Under the pieces are notes generated by a model. That model saw only the letters and a list, made by a program, of their open reading frames with translations. It was not told the origin of the DNA and made no database searches. The position numbers were made by a program, and so were the translations under genes. DNA of 64,000 nucleotides from an uncultured Halobacteriales archaeon. Its GTDB lineage: Archaea > Halobacteriota > Halobacteria > Halobacteriales > Hikarchaeaceae. Shown piece by piece: positions 59,051-64,000 of the stretch (position 1 is its first letter; every line of letters begins with the position of its first letter). The stretch is from NCBI GenBank assembly GCA_964510865.1, contig CAZEDI010000001.1:2297-66296 (forward strand), written 5' to 3'.

Positions 59051-59773
59051 TCACCTGGTCCCATTTCTCGCGTCAGCAACCCAGGCGGGTCGCTCGACTG
59101 ACGTCACCTGGATCTGTCGCACGTCGAATTCGTATCGTACGTCATGTGTGCCGCTGTCGGTCACACGCGTGTAGTTCGCACTGAACCAGCGGACGACCCC
59201 CGATGGATCGATCTGTACCTCGGCAGATAAGTTACGGATGTCCTCGCGTGGACTTTCATTCGCCCTGAACACCGTGCACTGGCGTTCACCACAGTCGGTC
59301 ACGCCGGACACGCGGTACGGCCCGGCTGTCAGGAGGGCATTCAAGCGGCCGCGCTGTGTGAGCTGGTCGCTCGAAATGTCCTCTGCTGGGACCTGACTAT
59401 ACGTCGGATCCTGGTCATCACCCTGTCTGATGTACGCTGTTGTCGCATTTGCCCATGCAGCGAAGGTTGTTCCATTCAGCGGCTCGATAGTGTACCCGCT
59501 TCGATTGGCGCTGACAACATAGCGAGCTATGCTGTCATCGGAACGCACCTCACTTTCGAACCCATCGACGAGGAGTCCCGATTCGTGTGCATCGAGTAAT
59601 GCCGTCACGTTCGATAAAACACCGTTCGATGTCCAGGGGGCGAATGTAGGTGGAATAGACGGATCGGAGCCGGGGTTAGAGGAGGTCGGTGTTCCTCCGG
59701 GGCCGCCTCCAAAGCAGCCGGCGAGGACGACGAGACTGAGGAGGACAAGTGCGTGGCGGGAGCGTCGATTCAC
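59051..59773 (-). CDS. Hypothetical lipoprotein
   Basis: NRRSR...VVLAGC lipobox, LLDAH..L, P.WV C-terminus. GTG start at 59773 assumed. Confidence 0.7.
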   Translation of the reverse strand: MNRRSRHALVLLSLVVLAGCFGGGPGGTPTSSNPGSDPSIPPTFAPWTSNGVLSNVTALLDAHESGLLVDGFESEVRSDDSIARYVVSANRSGYTIEPLNGTTFAAWANATTAYIRQGDDQDPTYSQVPAEDISSDQLTQRGRLNALLTAGPYRVSGVTDCGERQCTVFRANESPREDIRNLSAEVQIDPSGVVRWFSANYTRVTDSGTHDVRYEFDVRQIQVTSVERPAWVADARNGTR

Positions 59774-60054
59774 GTTTCTACAGCCGGGCAAGCCTGGACA
59801 TAGCTCTTGTGACACAGAACAAGACCCGCGTGTTGTGTACCGAGTGAAGTATCATGATCGAAGACAGCAGATAGCCCACAACATCCTGGTTTCAGCTAGG
59901 TGTGTCTTCGTATCTTATCGAAAGGCTATGAAAATCCGATTATGTACATAAAATCCGCTGAAAACATTGCAATATTCTCCCATTCTTAAATCCAGCACTA
60001 TATATGTATTATCATACCCCGTATAATACTGCAAAACTCGTATAACCCCATCCG

Positions 60055-60654
60055 ATGCCCCCCAGACGAGGTAGGTCCCCGAAGAATTGGAAATTTTTCT
60101 TCGGCGTAGCCATCGGTGTCGCGCCCGTGGTCATACTAGGCGGTGTCGATGCGAGTGCGCTGGAGGTCGGAATACTCTTCGGAGACGAGCAGGATCCACC
60201 TGCCACGCTCGGAAACCCATTTTACATCGAATCTGACGATGTGGAGTATCTGAACCGAATCTTCAGCGAACGGACTCACGAGATTGGATACTGTATCTCT
60301 CTAGACGGCAATACGCTCTCGTTTTGGTTGGCGGATACGATGACAGCAGCCGAAGGATCGCTGAAAATGGAGGCGTCGAACTGTCCACCAGACATGCAAA
60401 CAGCAACCGCGCACACACATCCAAACGGAAGAATCGGTCTCTCGGAGCAGGATCAGTCGACCCTGGTCATGAGCGGCGGATGGATGATGTGCATTCACGC
60501 AGGGAGGCTTAACCGTGAGCCGGGGACCGAATTGAAGAACATTGCCTGCTATATGAAAACGGAGAACGGCGGCATAGCGCAGATACCCATCCGCGTTGCA
60601 GGCTCTGGAGAGGAGACACCACAAACTCTCGGAGGGTCTCAATGGGGCGCATAG
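60055..60654 (+). CDS. Membrane-anchored JAMM/MPN+ domain protein
   Basis: N-terminal hydrophobic helix, E (HEIGY) and HTHPNGRIGLSEQD, which fits H-x-H-x7-S-x2-D. Confidence 0.7.
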   Translation: MPPRRGRSPKNWKFFFGVAIGVAPVVILGGVDASALEVGILFGDEQDPPATLGNPFYIESDDVEYLNRIFSERTHEIGYCISLDGNTLSFWLADTMTAAEGSLKMEASNCPPDMQTATAHTHPNGRIGLSEQDQSTLVMSGGWMMCIHAGRLNREPGTELKNIACYMKTENGGIAQIPIRVAGSGEETPQTLGGSQWGA

Positions 60655-62043
60655 GAATCTATCGGCTCGGATGGTTGCTGTCTGCCCGTATCGAACGCTG
60701 GATGCCGAACCCGTTCAAGTTCGCTCTTCTCTTGACGTACATCGTGTTCGTCGCTGGACTTCTACTCGAGGACCAGACGACGGTACAGATGCTGTCGTTT
60801 TGGAACAAGGGGTTCTGGGGACTCCTCGAGTTCGGTATGCAGTGGTCCTGATCATCGGGACCGGGTACGCGCTAGCATTCCATCCTCGGGTTCAGGATGG
60901 TATCGGTTGGCTGGCGCAGTACCCCGCAAGTGGGGCCCAGGCGGCCGTAGTGATCGGGCTCGTGTCGATGGTGACGGCCTTGTTCCACTGGGGACTCAGC
61001 CTCATCTTGGGGGCAGTGTTCGCGCGCGAGCTTGGTCTTCGGCTCCACGATCGAGGGATCCCCGCCCATTATCCTCTCCTCTGTGTCGCCGGGTACCTGG
61101 GATTGGGCCTTCCTGGCACTGGGGATTGTCGGGCTCTGCACCCTTGCTCATGAACACCCCGAACAACCTCTTTATCGGACGCGGGCTCGTCGACGGCGTC
61201 CTTTCCCCGACCGTGACAATATTTCATTCATACACCCTCGCCCTCCTCGTCATAACGTCAGTCGCCGCGCTGGGTCTCCTCTACGTTCTCTCCCCACCAT
61301 CTTCCCAGGCGAGGGAGATCACCGAATACATCGATACGGATGCCCGGCCACTCGATCAGGTCAGTGGACGTGACAGGGGCGATTCGGCGTCGAATTCGGA
61401 GGATCGTGTTCCGGTCCCTGCCGACCGGATCGATCAGAGTAGAACTATCGGTGGCCTCGTCGCTCTCGGCGGCATTACAATGACGGGGCTGTCTTTCGCC
61501 CTCGAGGGACTGGGGGCATTGCGGATTAACACCATCAATTTCGGGCTTCTCTTCGTCGGACTCGCTCTCTACAGCCGCCCTGATGCGTACCAAGCAGAGT
61601 TCTATGATGCCGTCAGGTCAGCCGCGGGCGTCATTCTCCTCTTCCCGTTCTATGCAGGGATCATCGGGATGATGAACCTGTCCGGCCTCTCCTTGACGTT
61701 GGCGGAGTTCTTCCTGAGCGGAGCAACGGTACAAACGTTTCCGGCGGTCACCTGGCTCACGGCCTCGATTGGGAACGTGTTTGTCCCATCGGGTGGCGCC
61801 CAATGGACTCTCATGGGGGTCGAGATTGTGGATAGAGCGAACACGTTAGGGATACCACCGGGTCGAGCAGTTGTCGCATTCGGTGCCGGCGATGCATATA
61901 CGAACTTATTCCAGCCGTTTTGGGCGATCCCGCTCCTCGGGATCACGGGCATTCGGGCACGCCATCTCTTCGAGTACGCCATCACCGTGATGCTGCTCCT
62001 CGGGCCGGTTCTTGCCGTCGCACTCGTCGTGATCCCCTATTGA
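60642..62043 (+). pseudogene. atoE: AtoE/TIGR00366 short-chain fatty acid transporter, split by two 1-nt deletions (pseudogene or sequencing error)
   Basis: ERWMPNPF, FGMQ|(M)VLI, GL(x)WHWGLSGSAPL, QFPFYAGI-like LFPFYAGI, FVPSGG.QW, QPFWAIP spread over three frames; breaks at about 60843 and 61112. Confidence 0.85.
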
Positions 62044-62052
62044 TGTGACTCG

Positions 62053-63222
62053 TTATTGCAGTATCTCCCGTGCTGCCTCCACGCCGGCGTCCGTGTCGGC
62101 CTCTACGCCGACATCGTTCAGTGCCTCGCCGACGCTCCGCACGCCGCGGACGATTTGCTCCGCCGTGAGACTCCCCATGTTCGATACGCGGAAGATCGTT
62201 CCCCCGAGGTGAGCTTGCCCCCCGGAGATGGAGACGTTTCGCTCCGCCACTGCGTCGAAGAACTCCTCCGGGGCCTCCTGTACCGGGGCGGGAAGATCGA
62301 TTGCCGTCACGGTGTTGGAGAACGTGGTCGGCCCGTCGGCGTCCGGGAACATCTCCAAGCCCATCGCGGTGAATCCCTCCCGAAACGCTCTGGCCTGTGC
62401 ACGGTGCCGGTTGATTCGATCGGGCATCCCTTCCTCGCGAATACCGTCGAGTGCTGTCGCCATCCCTCGGAATAGTGGGACCGCACTCGTAAACGGCGTC
62501 TGGTGTTGCTCCGCCTTCCGGAGGTGCCAGTCGAGATCCGCATAGAACGGCGCCCGCTCACCGTCTATGTGGTCCTCGATCCCATCAGCGAGATACATCG
62601 CGGAGATGCCCGGCGGGGTCTCGAGTGCCTTCTGAGCGTCCGTCACGGCGATATCCACGTGCCACTCGTCGATGCGGAACTCGTCACCGCCGATGCAGGT
62701 TACCCCGTCTACGACGTACTGCGCGTCGTGAGCGGTGGCGATTTCGCCAATCTCGCCAGCGGGGTTCAATAGCCCCGTCGATGTCTCGTTGGAGACGAGT
62801 GTGACGACGTCCGTATCGTCGGTTATCGTCTCCCGGACCTCGTCCAGGTCGAAGGAGTTGCCCCACTCCACCTCGATGCGAGTACACGAGGCATGACGAT
62901 CGGCGATGCGGGCGAATCGGCGCCCGAACTTGCCGTTAACGAGCGAGACGACCTCCGAGTCGTCGTCGACGAGGTTGGCGATTGCGGCCTCCATCCCCAT
63001 CGTAGCCGTGCCGTTGAGGAGCAGACTGGTTCCCCCTGCACTCGTCGAGTCCCCGTCAGGCGTGGACCGCTCGAAAACGTAATCGAGACCGTCCTGGGCA
63101 CGCTCGTACACTGCTTCGAAATCGGCCGAGCGATGGGAAACCATCGGCTCCGCCATCGCCTCGCGCACCTCGCGCCGGACCGGGACCGGCCCCGGGTTCA
63201 ACAGGAGAAAATCCTCCGTCAT
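62053..63222 (-). CDS. Class V PLP aminotransferase (serine-pyruvate/AGAT-like)
   Basis: LNPGPVP, GTATMGMEAA, NETSTG, VDGV, DAQKAL..PPG, TPFT, FRVSNMG. Confidence 0.92.
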   Translation of the reverse strand: MTEDFLLLNPGPVPVRREVREAMAEPMVSHRSADFEAVYERAQDGLDYVFERSTPDGDSTSAGGTSLLLNGTATMGMEAAIANLVDDDSEVVSLVNGKFGRRFARIADRHASCTRIEVEWGNSFDLDEVRETITDDTDVVTLVSNETSTGLLNPAGEIGEIATAHDAQYVVDGVTCIGGDEFRIDEWHVDIAVTDAQKALETPPGISAMYLADGIEDHIDGERAPFYADLDWHLRKAEQHQTPFTSAVPLFRGMATALDGIREEGMPDRINRHRAQARAFREGFTAMGLEMFPDADGPTTFSNTVTAIDLPAPVQEAPEEFFDAVAERNVSISGGQAHLGGTIFRVSNMGSLTAEQIVRGVRSVGEALNDVGVEADTDAGVEAAREILQ

Positions 63223-63314
63223 GGGCGGTGAGTGTCTCGGACGAGTGATAAGCGCCGCGAAAGGACCGCGATCGTGTCATGTCTGTTACAGTAGAACCGT
63301 TGGTAGCTCTTACC

Positions 63315-63998
63315 CTATCTTTCCGGGTCGAATTCTGCCCCACATTCGGGACAGTGAGCGCCCTCGTGTCGGAGTTCGTTGCTCGCTTGCCGGACCTCTC
63401 GCATGACGTCAGAGATGCGGTCCTCTGATTCGAGCTCTTCCTCGACGGCGAGCTCCACTCCCTCGACCTCGAGGAGGAACTTCGCGATTTCCGTCACCTC
63501 GTACATCAGATCGTCGAGATCGTCCGCGGTAAAGAAGCCAGACATCGCTCCATACAGAAAGGTTGCGCCGGCCATCTGGACCTTCTCCTCGAACGCCGAG
63601 CGCGCTTGGTTGACTGCCTGTGGCGAGTATGTGTCGGTCATGAAGGGCACGAGATGTGGGAGGTTCTCGCCGATCTTCGTCATCTCTACGCCCGTTCCAG
63701 TGCGAAAGTCCGCACAGAGGCGGGCGATTGCCCACTCCCGGGCGGTGATATAGGTCCGATCGCGGAGGAACTCGTTAACCCGCTCATAGGAGGCACGGTC
63801 CATCTTCTGAAAGCGATCGTAGTTCCGGACGTCTGCCGGGACGTCGGGCGCTCCCGCTCCAGGATCGGGGTCGACCTCTCCCGGTTCCGGGACCGTGTAT
63901 GCCCCTTCCTCGGCCGTCTCATTCTCGGTGGAGGTGGCGTCGTTGCCTGGACGATCGGCTAATGAATCCCCTTCATCGCCACGGGTGCCTGTATTCGT
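63315..63998 (-). CDS. DUF5806-family protein, 5'-truncated by window edge
   Basis: RVNEFLRDRTYITAREWAIARLCADFRT..GVEMTKIGENLP; frame stays open to the window end. Confidence 0.8.
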   Translation of the reverse strand, partial: TNTGTRGDEGDSLADRPGNDATSTENETAEEGAYTVPEPGEVDPDPGAGAPDVPADVRNYDRFQKMDRASYERVNEFLRDRTYITAREWAIARLCADFRTGTGVEMTKIGENLPHLVPFMTDTYSPQAVNQARSAFEEKVQMAGATFLYGAMSGFFTADDLDDLMYEVTEIAKFLLEVEGVELAVEEELESEDRISDVMREVRQASNELRHEGAHCPECGAEFDPER

Positions 63999-64000
63999 GG

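Noticed and set aside
1-64000. Hundreds of long alternative-frame and antisense ORFs in the track (e.g. 36601..37827+, 56592..57902+, 57959..59101+, 47486..48580+)
   Set aside because: They overlap well-supported genes, are Arg/Ser/Pro-rich and lack motifs. They are shadow ORFs typical of GC-rich DNA.

Overview
Ordinary chromosomal segment of a halophilic archaeon (class Halobacteria), judged from GC-rich DNA, acidic proteins, Tat lipoproteins and archaeal housekeeping genes. About 55 CDSs were identified. I saw no rRNA, tRNA, CRISPR array or mobile element. Blocks in order: DUF58/MoxR; response regulator; PAP2 plus ABC binding protein; surface-modification cluster (6.6-14.3 kb); sugar-acid genes; sulfite/nitrite reductase, F420-dehydrogenase-like subunit and siroheme synthesis (17-27 kb); cgi121-hel308; mdh; pheST; trpS-endA; second Ski2-like helicase; serA/serB; metY-metX; MMPL transporter; membrane JAMM protein; frameshifted atoE. 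The main finding is absent from the ORF track. Both aminoacyl-tRNA synthetase units are preceded by a short upstream ORF carrying the cognate amino acid: MPSTSTWPWHANREVDSLAILAGQI before trpS (43210-43287, -) and MAPESRHASCVDGPDRECFLGFGFFVFS before pheST (39935-40021, -). Each sits about 25-30 nt downstream of a TATA-like box, has a 9-10 bp perfect stem within the uORF, and offers alternative downstream pairings. This suggests leader-peptide (attenuation-like) control of aaRS genes in a haloarchaeon. It is an inference from sequence alone and needs comparative and Ribo-seq tests. Product names come from motif recognition, not database searches.
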